64,000 nucleotides of DNA from an uncultured Ruminococcus sp. (GTDB lineage: Bacteria; Bacillota; Clostridia; Oscillospirales; CAG-272): NCBI GenBank assembly GCA_902782445.1, contig CACZNC010000019.1:12662-76661 (forward strand). Direction: 5' to 3'. The position numbers were made by a program, and so were the translations under genes. Below the pieces are notes generated by a model. It made no database searches, was not told where the DNA came from, and was given only the letters and a program-made list of their open reading frames with translations. Of this stretch, positions 8,970-19,470 are shown one piece after another; the first letter of the stretch is position 1; the number at the start of each line of letters is the position of its first letter.

Positions 8970-10454
8970 GTGAATCTGCGCTTTTACGACCGTCTGTTCA
9001 ACGTCGTCGCGCTCACGGCGGTCGCCATGCTGTTCGTGCCCCTGTTCCTCATCTTCTTCGGCGGGACCGTCCCCTATTCCGTTCCGATCTTCTCTTTTCT
9101 CGCGGTCCTCTCCGTCTTCGCGGGATACGGACTCCAGTGGGGATTCGCCTCCCTCACCGGCAAAACGGCGTCCTCCGACGGGTACGACGATCCGACCCGG
9201 GGGGTGCTCGGGCATTTCAGCATCGCCTATGCCGCCGTCCCGATCCTTGTCTCCCTCGCCCTCTCCGCCGGCGTGTTCTTCCTTTATAATTTCATCCTCT
9301 TCCGGATGTTCGAGAACGGCGTCTCCCTCCCGAACGGCCAGCTGATCCACTACACGATGCTGTATCCTCTCCTCGCGGCGGTCCTCGTCTTAGCGGCGGC
9401 GGTCTGCGGTTGCGTCGTGTGGTTCTATCCGGTGGAAAGGCTGACGAGCATCTATCTGCTGATGGGCGCCTGCGTGCTCTTCTTTCTTGAAAGCGTCGCC
9501 CTGTCGGTCACGGCCCGCGCGACTCAGGCAAGCTCAGGGGCCTTCGTCAGCGTCAACCTCGGGGTCCCCTTCGCCATATTCTTCCTCTGCGTCCTCGTCA
9601 TCTACAACCAGAGCAATCTGCAGAAGAAATACCGCGGATCGGTTGTCTCCGTCATCACGACTTCCGAGCGGCTTTACAATCTCTTTCTCGTCTTCCTGCT
9701 GACCCTCGTGTTCGCCGTCGCCGTGGGGGTCATGTTCATCCTGCTCAAAGGGCTGTCCATCATCGGACGGATGCTGCTCTTCATCATCCTGTTCCGTCTC
9801 TTCCACGGAGAGGAGGGCGGGGGAGAACTCGGGAAAAACTACGAATACTACGACTCCGACGAAGCCTCCAATATGATGCGGAGGAACGTCATGTCGCCGG
9901 AGAACCAGTATATCGTGGCCGTGTTCTTCCTCACGATCCTTGCCGCCGGGCTCATCGTACTTGCCTGGAGGACGGGGCTCCTCAAAAAATTCTGGATCTG
10001 GCTCCGCGAATTCATTGACACCGTGCTCATCGGCATCGGGATCTTCAAGATCTCCATAGATCCGAACGAGGACGATGTGGCCTACAACTACAAGGACGAA
10101 AAGCGCAAGATCCAGAAGGCCGGGATCCGGGATCTCGAATCCCTCGCGGCGGACACAGATTCCTACCGGCTGTTCATGACGAGGCTTTCCCGGCTCAAGA
10201 CCTACGATGAACAGCTCTGCTTCGCCTACGCGGTGCTCCTCAAGCTGTACAAGCAGATGAATATCCCCCTGAAACACTCCGACACGCCGAGAGAGGTGGA
10301 GAAAAAAGTTTTCCGCGCCCTCTCCGAGGCTGAGATCTCAAAGATCACGGCCGATTTCGAGTCCATTCGGTACGCCGAGCACGAACCCGAGGACGCGGAA
10401 GCCGCCGCCATCCTCTCGAATATCTGCGGCGCGGTGAAGCGGTATATGTACTGA
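8970..10454 (+). CDS. polytopic membrane protein with a C-terminal DUF4129-like domain
   Basis: 494 aa with a GTG start 13 nt after the DUF58 stop. Many hydrophobic helices, then a soluble tail (...HSDTPREVEKKVFRAL...FESIRYAEHEPED) resembling DUF4129. I see no Cys-His-Asp transglutaminase core. Confidence 0.6.
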   Translation: MNLRFYDRLFNVVALTAVAMLFVPLFLIFFGGTVPYSVPIFSFLAVLSVFAGYGLQWGFASLTGKTASSDGYDDPTRGVLGHFSIAYAAVPILVSLALSAGVFFLYNFILFRMFENGVSLPNGQLIHYTMLYPLLAAVLVLAAAVCGCVVWFYPVERLTSIYLLMGACVLFFLESVALSVTARATQASSGAFVSVNLGVPFAIFFLCVLVIYNQSNLQKKYRGSVVSVITTSERLYNLFLVFLLTLVFAVAVGVMFILLKGLSIIGRMLLFIILFRLFHGEEGGGELGKNYEYYDSDEASNMMRRNVMSPENQYIVAVFFLTILAAGLIVLAWRTGLLKKFWIWLREFIDTVLIGIGIFKISIDPNEDDVAYNYKDEKRKIQKAGIRDLESLAADTDSYRLFMTRLSRLKTYDEQLCFAYAVLLKLYKQMNIPLKHSDTPREVEKKVFRALSEAEISKITADFESIRYAEHEPEDAEAAAILSNICGAVKRYMY

Positions 10455-10544
10455 ACCTCTGTCCCATTTCCCATGCGTCCCGCATAAAAACGCCGCCGCT
10501 CCCGTACAATATGGGCAGTCAACTCACCGTACCGGAGCGAACCG

Positions 10545-11702
10545 ATGGCGTACAAGTGTCTTTTCCTGATCCTCGCTTTGCTTGTCTTTTCGGCGGCGGC
10601 TCTTCCCGTTTCGGCCGAGATCCCGGACGAGATGCCCTTCGAGGTGAACTGCCGTTCCGCCGTCCTGATGGAAGCGGAGACCGGACGGGTCCTTTTCGCG
10701 AAAAACGCGGATCTTGCCCTGCCTCCCGCCTCCGTCACCAAGATCATGACCCTTTTGCTCTTCATGGAGGAGGTGGACGGCGGGAACATCGCCCTCGACG
10801 AAGAGATCTCCGTGAGCGAATACGCCGCTTCGATGGGCGGATCCCAGGTCTATCTCGAACCCGGGGAGACCATGACGGCGGAGGAACTCCTCAAATGCGT
10901 GATCATCGCCTCGGCCAACGACGCCGCTGTGACGCTGGCCGAAAAAGTCGCGGGAAGCGAAGAGGCCTTCGTCAATAAGATGAACGGGCGTGCGGAAGAA
11001 CTCGGGATGAAGAACACCCATTTCGAGAACGTGACGGGTCTCGACGATACCGTGACGAAGCATCTGACGAGCGCCTATGACATCGCCCTCATGTCGAAAG
11101 CCCTGTTGTCCCACGAGACCATCATCCGTTATTCCACCGTCTGGATGGACAGCATCCGGAACGGCGCGTTCGGACTCACCAACACCAACCGCCTCGTCCG
11201 TTTCTACGAAGGGATCACGGGGCTCAAGACCGGGTCCACGTCGAAAGCGGGATTCTGCATGAGCGCGACCGCCCGCCGGGACGGGATGCACCTCATCGCC
11301 GTTGTGATGGGATCCCCGAGCCGCGACGACCGCAACGGGACCGCGCGCCAGCTTCTTGACTACGGATTCGCCAACTATTCTCTTTTCCGAAGCGAGGGGG
11401 GCATGGGAGAACCCGTTCCCGTCCGCGGCGGCGTAAAGGATTTCTGCGTTCCTGAGATCCCGCCCTGCGCCCTGCTCCTGCCGAAGGGAAAGAGCAGGTC
11501 GGTGCAGACGGAGCTTCTGCTCGACGAATACCTGGACGCGCCGGTCGAGAAAGGGAGGACGATCGGGACGGTGCGCTATCTCGCGGACGGGGAGATCCTC
11601 GCAGAGGCTCCGGTGACGGCGCGGGAGGACGTTGAGAGGATCGGATTCGGCGGGATCTTAGTGCGGATCGCGGGACGCGCCTTGCTCAAAGCGGAAGAAT
11701 GA
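10545..11702 (+). CDS. D-alanyl-D-alanine carboxypeptidase (S11, PBP5/DacB-like)
   Basis: 385 aa with a signal peptide, SxxK (SVTKIMT), SxN (SANDAA) and KTG (KTGST). Confidence 0.9.
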   Translation: MAYKCLFLILALLVFSAAALPVSAEIPDEMPFEVNCRSAVLMEAETGRVLFAKNADLALPPASVTKIMTLLLFMEEVDGGNIALDEEISVSEYAASMGGSQVYLEPGETMTAEELLKCVIIASANDAAVTLAEKVAGSEEAFVNKMNGRAEELGMKNTHFENVTGLDDTVTKHLTSAYDIALMSKALLSHETIIRYSTVWMDSIRNGAFGLTNTNRLVRFYEGITGLKTGSTSKAGFCMSATARRDGMHLIAVVMGSPSRDDRNGTARQLLDYGFANYSLFRSEGGMGEPVPVRGGVKDFCVPEIPPCALLLPKGKSRSVQTELLLDEYLDAPVEKGRTIGTVRYLADGEILAEAPVTAREDVERIGFGGILVRIAGRALLKAEE

Positions 11703-11764
11703 GGAGGAAACGCATCTTTCCGCGTCCAAAAACAGGTCAAAAGAGAGAAAGTTCTCCGAGGGGG

Positions 11765-11793
11765 TTGAAAAGCGGCGAAAAATGTTGTATGAT
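11765..11793 (+). promoter_or_regulatory. sigma-A-type promoter (TTGAAA-17-TATGAT) for pgi
   Basis: The hexamers are spaced 17 nt apart and lie about 75 nt upstream of ATG 11868. Confidence 0.55.
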
Positions 11794-11867
11794 ACTTATG
11801 AGCATTTATTTCGCCGCACCCCCATGCTCACCGATTCGCGGGGTGCAAACGGAGGACACTTTCAAAC

Positions 11868-13205
11868 ATGGCACTCACACTCAATGAAACATACTTGAAG
11901 GGATTTATCGCGGAAAACGAAACGGAGAAGATCGCGCACATTGCCGAAGCCGCTTTCGATCTTGTGAAGACGCGCTCGGGAGCCGGCTCCGCGTTCCTCG
12001 GATGGGTCGATCTGCCCGTCAATTACGACAGGGAAGAGTTCGCGCGCGTGAAAGCCGCCGCCGCCCGGATCCAAAAGAACAGCGACGTGTTCGTGGTCAT
12101 CGGCATCGGAGGGTCCTACCTCGGAGCCCGCGCCGCCATCGAATTCTGCCGCTCCCCTCTATATAACAATCTGAAAAAAGACACCCCCGATATCTATTTC
12201 GCGGGCAATTCCATCTCTCCCTCCGCCCTCTCCGATATTCTGAAGATCTGCGAAGGCCGCGATTTCTGTGTCAACGTCATTTCCAAATCCGGTACCACCA
12301 CCGAACCCGCCGTCACCTTCCGCATCTTCCGCTCCCTTCTCGAAAAGAAGTACGGCGAGGAAGGCGCGAAGGAACGCATCTTCGTCACCACCGACCGGGC
12401 GAAGGGCAAGCTGAAGGAATTCTCCACGGAAAAGGGCTACGAGACCTTCGTCGTCCCGGACGATATCGGCGGACGCTATTCCGTGCTCACCGCCGTCGGA
12501 CTTCTCCCCATCGCCGTCGCCGGGATCGACATCGACGCGATGATGAAGGGGGCCGCGGACGCGAGAGAAAAATACCTGAACGCGCCGATCGCCGAAAACG
12601 ACGCCGTCCGGTACGCCATGCTGCGCAATATCCTCTACAACAAGGGAAAGACTATCGAGATCCTCGTCTCCTACGAACCCGCCGCCCAGATGTTCGCCGA
12701 GTGGTGGAAGCAGCTCTACGGAGAAAGCGAGGGCAAGGACAACAAGGGGCTTTATCCGTCCTCCGTCGTTTTTTCGACGGATCTGCATTCCCTCGGACAG
12801 TACGTGCAGGCGGGACTGCGCACCATGTTCGAGACCGTGCTCGATTTCAAAAACGCATCGGACGAAGTCGTGATTCCCGACGACCCGGTCAACATCGACG
12901 GCCTGAACTTCCTCTCCGGCAAGACCCTGCACGACGTCAACCGCACGGCGATGACCGGAACGCTCTTCGCGCACAACGACGGAGGCGTGCCGAACATCCT
13001 CATCGAGGCGGAGAAGCGGGACGAATCGAATTTCGGCGCGCTCGTGTATTTCTTCGAACTGGCCTGCGCGGTGTCCGGCTATATGCTCGGCGTGAATCCG
13101 TTCGATCAGCCCGGCGTGGAAGCCTACAAGAAAAACATGTACGCCCTCCTCGGCAAGCCCGGATACGAGGAGCAGAAGGCCGCGCTCGAAGCAAGAATGA
13201 ACTGA
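11868..13205 (+). CDS. pgi: glucose-6-phosphate isomerase
   Basis: 445 aa, the Firmicute short PGI type: [41 protein letters not shown]. Confidence 0.95.
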   Translation: MALTLNETYLKGFIAENETEKIAHIAEAAFDLVKTRSGAGSAFLGWVDLPVNYDREEFARVKAAAARIQKNSDVFVVIGIGGSYLGARAAIEFCRSPLYNNLKKDTPDIYFAGNSISPSALSDILKICEGRDFCVNVISKSGTTTEPAVTFRIFRSLLEKKYGEEGAKERIFVTTDRAKGKLKEFSTEKGYETFVVPDDIGGRYSVLTAVGLLPIAVAGIDIDAMMKGAADAREKYLNAPIAENDAVRYAMLRNILYNKGKTIEILVSYEPAAQMFAEWWKQLYGESEGKDNKGLYPSSVVFSTDLHSLGQYVQAGLRTMFETVLDFKNASDEVVIPDDPVNIDGLNFLSGKTLHDVNRTAMTGTLFAHNDGGVPNILIEAEKRDESNFGALVYFFELACAVSGYMLGVNPFDQPGVEAYKKNMYALLGKPGYEEQKAALEARMN

Positions 13206-13233
13206 ACAACTCATACAAATACGGAGGAATTTC

Positions 13234-13644
13234 ATGATCAGACTCATCATCGGCAAGAAAGGTTCCGGCAAGACCAAGACCCTTATCGAACTCGTCAAGT
13301 CAACTCTGGAGACGACAAACGGCGCGGTCGTCTGCATCGAGAAGGGCGACAAGCTCACCTACGACATTCCCTATCAGTGCAGACTGGTGGACGCGGACAA
13401 GTACCTGATCACGGACGGGCAGTCCCTGTTCGGGTTCGTCGCGGGAATCCTTGCGAGCAACCACGATGTCGGCGACATTTTCATCGACTCCGCCCTGAAG
13501 ATCTGCCAGAACGACGCGGAGAGCTTTGATCTCTTCCTTACCGAGATCGCGAAGCTGGTGGAAGAACACGGCACCAACTTCATCATCACCTCCTCCCTCG
13601 ACCCCACTGAGGCGTCGAAGACCGTTCTGAAGTATATCGGCTGA
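13234..13644 (+). CDS. minimal P-loop NTPase-like protein, function unknown
   Basis: 136 aa. Walker A GKKGSGKT at residues 7-14 and a Walker-B-like DIFIDSA. No other domain. Starts 28 nt after pgi. Confidence 0.6.
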   Translation: MIRLIIGKKGSGKTKTLIELVKSTLETTNGAVVCIEKGDKLTYDIPYQCRLVDADKYLITDGQSLFGFVAGILASNHDVGDIFIDSALKICQNDAESFDLFLTEIAKLVEEHGTNFIITSSLDPTEASKTVLKYIG

Positions 13645-13848
13645 ACGAACAGAAAACCGTGAGGACCGCCGGAGAGGAAATCGGACGCGGACGGCTGACC
13701 GGAGCAGCATTCCCGCCCGTCTCTCACCCGGAGGTCCTTTTTCCGCGCCTCCCGGAATCTGTGTCCAAAGACGCCCGCCTTTCATAAGATGGAAAAGAAG
13801 AGAAGGCTCCGTGCCGCGCTCTTCCTTCCAACGAAACCAAAGAAAGGC

Positions 13849-14676
13849 ATGATGAACATGGCTGATACCAAATGCGGGCAGCGCGACATGGTCTGTGTGG
13901 ATACCTACCGGGTCCTCGACTCCTGCCGCGACAAGGACTGCTTCGAGGACGTCCGGGTGTTCCTGACTGCTCCCGGCGCGGATTTGCTGAGCCGGGCGGG
14001 GGCGGTGCGGGCGAAATCGGCGAAGGTGGTCTGGGCCTGCATCGACATTGACAGCGTCCCCTTCAACCGGGGGTTCTGCCAGCTTCTGATCCGCATCTAC
14101 TGCAGGATCGCGGCGGAAGTCTGTCTCGGACAGGGCGGCTCTCAGGAGATCGAGGGCATCGCCGCGGTCGAGAAAAAGGTGATCCTCTACGGCGGGGAAG
14201 GGAACGTCAGCGTCTTCAAGAGCGAACTGTCGAACGCCGGATTCTGCTCCTGCGGCGGCAAACCCACCACCGCGGGGAACACGCTTCCCATCGCCGTCCT
14301 CGAGGTCGTGGATCCCATCGTACTCGACACGAAAGTGACGGAGGCTCCGCGCCCCTCCTGCTGCACGGCGGACGAAATCCCCGAGCGTGTCCGGGCGTTT
14401 GTCTCCGGGCCTCTTTCGGACGGTCCCTGCGCGCTTCTCGTCTCCCTCGGATTTTTCTCCGTTGTGCGGATCGAGAGACCGGCGCAGTATCTGGTGAACG
14501 CGGTGGAGTATACCGTCCCCGAAAAGGAGTGCGCCGCCCCCATCGTCGAGGACGCCTGCTCCCTCTTCCGTCAGATGGCGTTTCCCGTCTCCGAATTCTC
14601 TCCCTCCTCCCAGACCCCGCCGGTTCTTCCGGGGAACGGTGGTCCGGGCGGCGGAGACTGTGGATGCGCGCGGTGA
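13849..14676 (+). CDS. Cys-rich hypothetical protein
   Basis: ORF 13789..14676. I prefer the start at MMNMADTK (13849, preceded by AAAGAAAGG). It has about 19 Cys, for example VCVDTYRVLDSCRDKDCFEDVRVF, and ends GGPGGGDCGCAR. I do not recognise a family. The start is uncertain. Confidence 0.55.
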   Translation: MMNMADTKCGQRDMVCVDTYRVLDSCRDKDCFEDVRVFLTAPGADLLSRAGAVRAKSAKVVWACIDIDSVPFNRGFCQLLIRIYCRIAAEVCLGQGGSQEIEGIAAVEKKVILYGGEGNVSVFKSELSNAGFCSCGGKPTTAGNTLPIAVLEVVDPIVLDTKVTEAPRPSCCTADEIPERVRAFVSGPLSDGPCALLVSLGFFSVVRIERPAQYLVNAVEYTVPEKECAAPIVEDACSLFRQMAFPVSEFSPSSQTPPVLPGNGGPGGGDCGCAR

Positions 14677-14734
14677 GAACGAGGATCCCGACTGCCGGAG
14701 AACGCGCTTTTCGGACCAAAAGACAGGCTTGATG

Positions 14735-14776
14735 AGCCGCGGCCCTCTCAGAAAACGGGAGGAGCCGCGGTTTTTG
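14735..14776 (+). terminator. intrinsic terminator after the Cys-rich gene
   Basis: CCGCGGCCCTC...GAGGAGCCGCGG stem followed by TTTTT. Confidence 0.6.
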
Positions 14777-14809
14777 TGAAAAAATCCCCCTGTTTTTTCC
14801 GTTCAGGTC

Positions 14810-14838
14810 TTGCAATTGACAGCCCTTTGTTATACAAT
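14810..14838 (+). promoter_or_regulatory. sigma-A-type promoter (TTGCAA-17-TACAAT)
   Basis: The hexamers lie about 55 nt upstream of ATG 14893. Confidence 0.55.
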
Positions 14839-14892
14839 ATACAGTGAACAAAAAGGGCGATTGCCCGCAGCTTCACACAGGAGGATTCAGTT

Positions 14893-15792
14893 ATGACCCT
14901 ATTCATTCTCGCGGCCGGGATGGGCTCCCGGTACGGCGGACTCAAGCAGATCGATCCCTTCACCGAAAACGGCGAATTCATCATTGATTTTTCCATCTAC
15001 GACGCCATCAAGGCCGGATTCGACCGCGTGGTCTTCGTCATCAAGAAGGAAAACTACGAGATCTTCAAGGAGACCGTCGGATCCCGCATTGAAGGCAAGG
15101 TCGCCGTGGAATACGTCTTCCAGGGACTTGACAGCTTCGTTCCCGCCGACAAGATCCCCGCGGAGAGAGTGAAGCCCTGGGGCACCACCCACGCGCTGCT
15201 CTGCGGCAAGGAAGCCCTCAAGGACGGGTTTGCCGTCATCAACGCCGACGACTTCTACGGGCGCGACGCTTTCGTGAAGGCCGCGGAATTTCTGAAGGAC
15301 GCCGATGAAAACAGTTCCCACTTCTGCATGGTGGGCTACCGCCTCGGCAACACCCTCACCGACAACGGCTCCGTGGCCCGCGGCGAATGCCATGCCACTC
15401 CGGACGGCTACCTCGACAAGATCGTGGAGCGCACCAAGCTCTTCAAGGAAGAAGGCGGCGCGTACTTCGAAGAGGACGGCGAGACCGTTCACCTCCCGAA
15501 CGACACGGTGGTCTCCATGAATTTCTGGGGCTTCACGCCGAAGGTCTTCGAGGGACTGGACGAGGACTTCGCCGCGTTCCTGAACGATCCCGAGAGAGAG
15601 CCCCTCAAGAGCGAATGCCTGCTTCCCAACACCATCGGCAAGATGATCAAGGCGGGCGACTGCGACGTCAAGGTACTCACCACCTCCGCCAAGTGGTTCG
15701 GCGTCACCTACGCCGACGACAAACCGGACGTGATCGCCAAGCTCAAGGCTCTGATCGCGGCGGGCGAATATCCGAACGGACTCTGGAAATAA
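14893..15792 (+). CDS. sugar-1-phosphate nucleotidyltransferase family protein
   Basis: 299 aa. N-terminal loop [14 protein letters not shown], typical of NTP_transferase-fold enzymes. First gene of a galE-galM operon. Confidence 0.7.
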   Translation: MTLFILAAGMGSRYGGLKQIDPFTENGEFIIDFSIYDAIKAGFDRVVFVIKKENYEIFKETVGSRIEGKVAVEYVFQGLDSFVPADKIPAERVKPWGTTHALLCGKEALKDGFAVINADDFYGRDAFVKAAEFLKDADENSSHFCMVGYRLGNTLTDNGSVARGECHATPDGYLDKIVERTKLFKEEGGAYFEEDGETVHLPNDTVVSMNFWGFTPKVFEGLDEDFAAFLNDPEREPLKSECLLPNTIGKMIKAGDCDVKVLTTSAKWFGVTYADDKPDVIAKLKALIAAGEYPNGLWK

Positions 15793-15802
15793 GGAGGAGA
15801 AC

Positions 15803-16819
15803 ATGGCAATTCTCGTAACGGGCGGCGCCGGCTATATCGGCTCCCATACCGTCATCGAACTCCAGAACGCCGGCTACGAGGTCGTGGTCTGCGACAACCT
15901 CTCGAATTCCTCCGAAAAATCCCTCGACCGCGTCCGTCAGATCACCGGCAAGCCCGTGAAATTCTACCTTGCCGATATCTGCTCCCGGGAGGACATGGAA
16001 AACATCTTCGAAAACGAGAAGATCGACTCCGTCATTCATTTCGCGGGGCTCAAGGCCGTGGGCGAATCCGTGGCCAAGCCGTGGGAGTACTACAACAACA
16101 ACATCGGCGGGACCCTCGTGCTCACGGACGTGATGCGGAAGCACGGATGCAAGAACATCATCTTCTCCTCCTCCGCCACCGTGTACGGTTCCCCCGCCTT
16201 CGTCCCGATCACCGAGGAATGCCCGAAAGGGAACTGCACCAACCCCTACGGCTGGACCAAATCCATGCTCGAACAGATCCTCACCGACATCCAGAAGGCC
16301 GATCCCGAATGGAACGTGGTGCTGCTGCGCTACTTCAACCCCATCGGAGCGCACAAGTCCGGCCTCATCGGCGAGAACCCCAATGGCATCCCGAACAACC
16401 TCATGCCCTATGTCACCCAGGTCGCCGTCGGCAAACGGGAAAAGCTCACCGTCTTCGGCAACGACTACAAGACCCACGACGGTACGGGCGTCCGCGATTA
16501 TATCCACGTAGTAGACCTGGCAAAGGGTCACGTCTGCGCGGTGAAAAAGCTCGCGGAGAACTGCGGCACGAAGATCTACAACCTCGGCACGGGCGTCGGA
16601 TACAGCGTCCTAGATATCGTGAAGAACTTCGAGGAAGCCACCGGCGTGAAGATCCCCTACGTCATCGGCCCCCGCCGTCCCGGAGACATCGACGAATGCT
16701 GGTCCTCTGCGGCTCTGGCGGAAAAAGAGCTCGGCTGGAAGGCGGAGAACGGCATCCGCGAGATGTGCGAGGACTCGTGGAGATGGCAGAAAAACAATCC
16801 GAACGGATATGAAGACTGA
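15803..16819 (+). CDS. galE: UDP-glucose 4-epimerase
   Basis: 338 aa: GGAGYIGSH Rossmann motif, [17 protein letters not shown] (YxxxK). Confidence 0.95.
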   Translation: MAILVTGGAGYIGSHTVIELQNAGYEVVVCDNLSNSSEKSLDRVRQITGKPVKFYLADICSREDMENIFENEKIDSVIHFAGLKAVGESVAKPWEYYNNNIGGTLVLTDVMRKHGCKNIIFSSSATVYGSPAFVPITEECPKGNCTNPYGWTKSMLEQILTDIQKADPEWNVVLLRYFNPIGAHKSGLIGENPNGIPNNLMPYVTQVAVGKREKLTVFGNDYKTHDGTGVRDYIHVVDLAKGHVCAVKKLAENCGTKIYNLGTGVGYSVLDIVKNFEEATGVKIPYVIGPRRPGDIDECWSSAALAEKELGWKAENGIREMCEDSWRWQKNNPNGYED

Positions 16820-16834
16820 ACAAGGAGAGCGGAC

Positions 16835-17890
16835 ATGATCAAAAAGGAACTTTTCGGCAAACTGCCCTGCGGATGCGAAGTGAACGCCTACACCCTCTCG
16901 AACGATTCCATCGTTTCCGTGTGCATCCTGAACTACGGCGGCATTCTGAAGAATATCTGGGTGAAGGACAAGAACGGGACTGCGGCGGACGTGATCTGCG
17001 GATTTGACTCCATCGACGGCTACCTCACCTCCGGCGGATATCAGGGAGCCCTGATCGGACGGATCGGCAACCGGATCGCGAAGGGCCGCTTCACCCTCGA
17101 AGGGAAGGAATATCAGCTCTTCTGCAACGACGGACAGAACTCCCTCCACGGCGGCGAAAAAGGCTTCAACGCGAAGATCTGGGACGTGGAGGAAAAGGAC
17201 TGTCCGAAATCCCCCTCCCTCGTGCTGACCTACGTGAGCAAGGACGGGGAAGAGAACTATCCCGGCACCCTCTCCGTGAAAGTCACCTATACCCTGACGG
17301 AGTGCGGCGCGCTGTCCATCCACTATGAGGCGACGACGGACAAGACCACCATTGTCAACATGACCAACCACGCCTACTACAACCTCGGCGGCTTCGACTC
17401 CGGCGTGATCGACGGGCAGATCCTCCAACTCGACTGCGATAAGATCAACTCCCTTGACAGCGAGCTCATTCCGGACGGCAAGTTCATTGACGTGGAAGGC
17501 ACGCCCTACGATTTCCGCGCGGGCAGACCCATCGGCGAGGGATTCGCGTCCGACTACCCGATGATGAAGGAATTCGGCGGCTACGACAACAATTTCGTGT
17601 TCGCCTCCTACAACGGACAGCTGAGACCCCGCGGATCCGTCACTGATCCGAAATCCGGCCGCAAGGTCACCCTCTGGACCGACCAGCCCTGCGTACAGAT
17701 CTACACCGCCAATATGATCAACCCGGAGGATCCGGCGTTCAAGGGCGGCGTGAAGCAGTACAAACACTGCGCGGTCTGTCTCGAGACCCAGTGCATCCCG
17801 GACGCGGTGAATCATCCCGCATTCACCTCCACCGTCCTGAAACCGGGCGAGAAGTACGACACCACCACGGTGTACAAGTTCTCGAACTGA
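16835..17890 (+). CDS. galM: aldose 1-epimerase (galactose mutarotase)
   Basis: 351 aa: NSLHGGEKGF, NMTNHAYYNL, AVCLETQCIPDAVNH, typical of the mutarotase family. Confidence 0.9.
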   Translation: MIKKELFGKLPCGCEVNAYTLSNDSIVSVCILNYGGILKNIWVKDKNGTAADVICGFDSIDGYLTSGGYQGALIGRIGNRIAKGRFTLEGKEYQLFCNDGQNSLHGGEKGFNAKIWDVEEKDCPKSPSLVLTYVSKDGEENYPGTLSVKVTYTLTECGALSIHYEATTDKTTIVNMTNHAYYNLGGFDSGVIDGQILQLDCDKINSLDSELIPDGKFIDVEGTPYDFRAGRPIGEGFASDYPMMKEFGGYDNNFVFASYNGQLRPRGSVTDPKSGRKVTLWTDQPCVQIYTANMINPEDPAFKGGVKQYKHCAVCLETQCIPDAVNHPAFTSTVLKPGEKYDTTTVYKFSN

Positions 17891-17909
17891 TTCCCGAATC
17901 AAGAAATGT

Positions 17910-17944
17910 CAGCCGCAGGATTTCCGGTCCCGCGGCTGTTTTTC
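17910..17944. terminator. bidirectional hairpin terminator between convergent galM and the XRE gene
   Basis: CAGCCGCAGG...CCCGCGGCTG followed by TTTTT. It touches the stop codon of the minus-strand gene. Confidence 0.6.
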
Positions 17945-18773
17945 ATTTCCAGAGTTTTTCGAAGAGATAGTCCGAAATCCTTGACGTGTCCCGCCGGAGC
18001 GCATAGGTGCGGGAATCCGTAAACAGAAGATCAAGCACGTGGAAGAGTACCAGAACAAATTGGGCATAGTCCTTTGAAAAGTAGTAATCCGTCACACCGT
18101 CGTGAAAGGATTTGGAGTCGATCAGATGCAGGGAATCCAGTTTTTCCACCGCTTCCAGAACTTCGTCTTCATCAAGACCGCAATCCGCGGCAACAGCGGG
18201 CACGGTATACGTGCAGGCCCATTCCCAGGATTCTGTTCCGGGATCGGAAGATTTTCTATCAAAAGTCGTTCGGTACATATAGGCAAAGACTTTCAGCGCG
18301 TTCCTGTCCGTCAGTTTTTTCAGGATCGGGATCAGTTCCGCGCGCTCGAAGACCGCCTCGCTGCCGGGCATACCGAATGTGTTTTCAATAAATGAGAAGT
18401 CTCTCGAGAGAAATACGGTTCCGGATGTGTCCGATACGCATCCGAGCAGGTTGATATGCTCGCCGAGCTCCGTGCCGCCCGGCATTCTCGCTCCCGCCTG
18501 TTCGACAAAGAATCTCTTCAAGGCTTCCCGCGCGGCTTTCGGGAAGTCGTCCGCCCGGACTTTCTCCTCTTTCTTCTCTTCGATCCCGTAAAGCGCGTTC
18601 AGCGTCACCCCGAGCGCATCCGCCAGTTCCGGCAGGAGCATCACGTCCGGCAGAGACGTTTCGTTCTCCCATTTCGAAACCGCCTGATTTGTCACGCCGA
18701 GCCGCGTCCCCAGTTCTTCCTGCGTAAGACCCTTTTTCTTTCTGAATTCCAAAATCGTCTTTCCGAGTCCCAT
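17943..18773 (-). CDS. XRE-family HTH transcriptional regulator
   Basis: 276 aa. N-terminus LTQEELGTRLGVTNQAVSKWENETSLPDV is a classic Cro/C1 HTH. GC looks lower by eye than in the neighbours. Confidence 0.85.
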   Translation of the reverse strand: MGLGKTILEFRKKKGLTQEELGTRLGVTNQAVSKWENETSLPDVMLLPELADALGVTLNALYGIEEKKEEKVRADDFPKAAREALKRFFVEQAGARMPGGTELGEHINLLGCVSDTSGTVFLSRDFSFIENTFGMPGSEAVFERAELIPILKKLTDRNALKVFAYMYRTTFDRKSSDPGTESWEWACTYTVPAVAADCGLDEDEVLEAVEKLDSLHLIDSKSFHDGVTDYYFSKDYAQFVLVLFHVLDLLFTDSRTYALRRDTSRISDYLFEKLWK

Positions 18774-18903
18774 TCTGAACCCTCCGTTATTCTTTGATTT
18801 GCCGGCATGGGTATTATAGCACGGAACCGGCGGGAAGGGAAGAGATCATTTGTCGAATTGACGCCTCCGCAGGAAACGAAAACTCGCCGGATGGTTGGAA
18901 AAA

Positions 18904-19377
18904 TCAGTGGGCTCCGGCCCGGAGTCTGTACTCTCTCAGCATGTGCTCGAACAGTTCGTACATCCAGCAGTCGACGAGGTAGTCCTTTCCGTTGTAATTG
19001 ACATACCCGACCCGTCCGCTCATTTTATCCCGTTCTCTGAGAAGGGTGATCGCATGTACGGTGCCGTCCTTTTCCGTCAGGGTCAGCATATCCCGGGCGT
19101 TTCTCGGAAAATGTTCGTTCACCGGCCGGATCAGTTCCAGCTTCATGAGGGGTTTCCGCATCGCGATCAGGTCCGCTTCCCGGATTTCGAACGACTTATC
19201 CGTCCCCGTCAGCGTGTAGACGACCGACAGAGGCTCTTCGCGGAACGCGTCGGCGAGGGGTGTCTGACCGTGCGGGAAACAGACTAGCCAGACAAGGACG
19301 GCGGAAAGAATGAGGGCTGCGAGGGCGAAAAACACGAGGGCGGCGGTCTTGATTTTATCTTTCACGGTTCTTTTCAC
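18904..19377 (-). CDS. membrane-anchored hypothetical protein
   Basis: 157 aa with one N-terminal TM helix (AALVFFALAALILSAVLVWLV). No recognisable motif. Confidence 0.6.
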   Translation of the reverse strand: MKRTVKDKIKTAALVFFALAALILSAVLVWLVCFPHGQTPLADAFREEPLSVVYTLTGTDKSFEIREADLIAMRKPLMKLELIRPVNEHFPRNARDMLTLTEKDGTVHAITLLRERDKMSGRVGYVNYNGKDYLVDCWMYELFEHMLREYRLRAGAH

Positions 19378-19470
19378 TCCTCCGGTCTTCTGTTTTGCTC
19401 TACATACATTATATCATATCGTTTATCGTCTGTCAAGACGATTGGAGAATAAATCCGGGCCGTATCGCCG

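Noticed and set aside
6778-10454. MoxR trio, or the nuclease-helicase at 35577..38156, as anti-phage defence systems
   Set aside because: There are no neighbouring defence or mobile genes, no island-like composition shift and no effector domains. Both sit among housekeeping genes.
17943-19377. Horizontally acquired islet, suggested by visibly lower GC in the XRE regulator and the adjacent membrane protein (also 56404..57594)
   Set aside because: The impression was made by eye only. There are no flanking repeats and no mobility genes. It would need a computed GC or codon-usage profile to support it.
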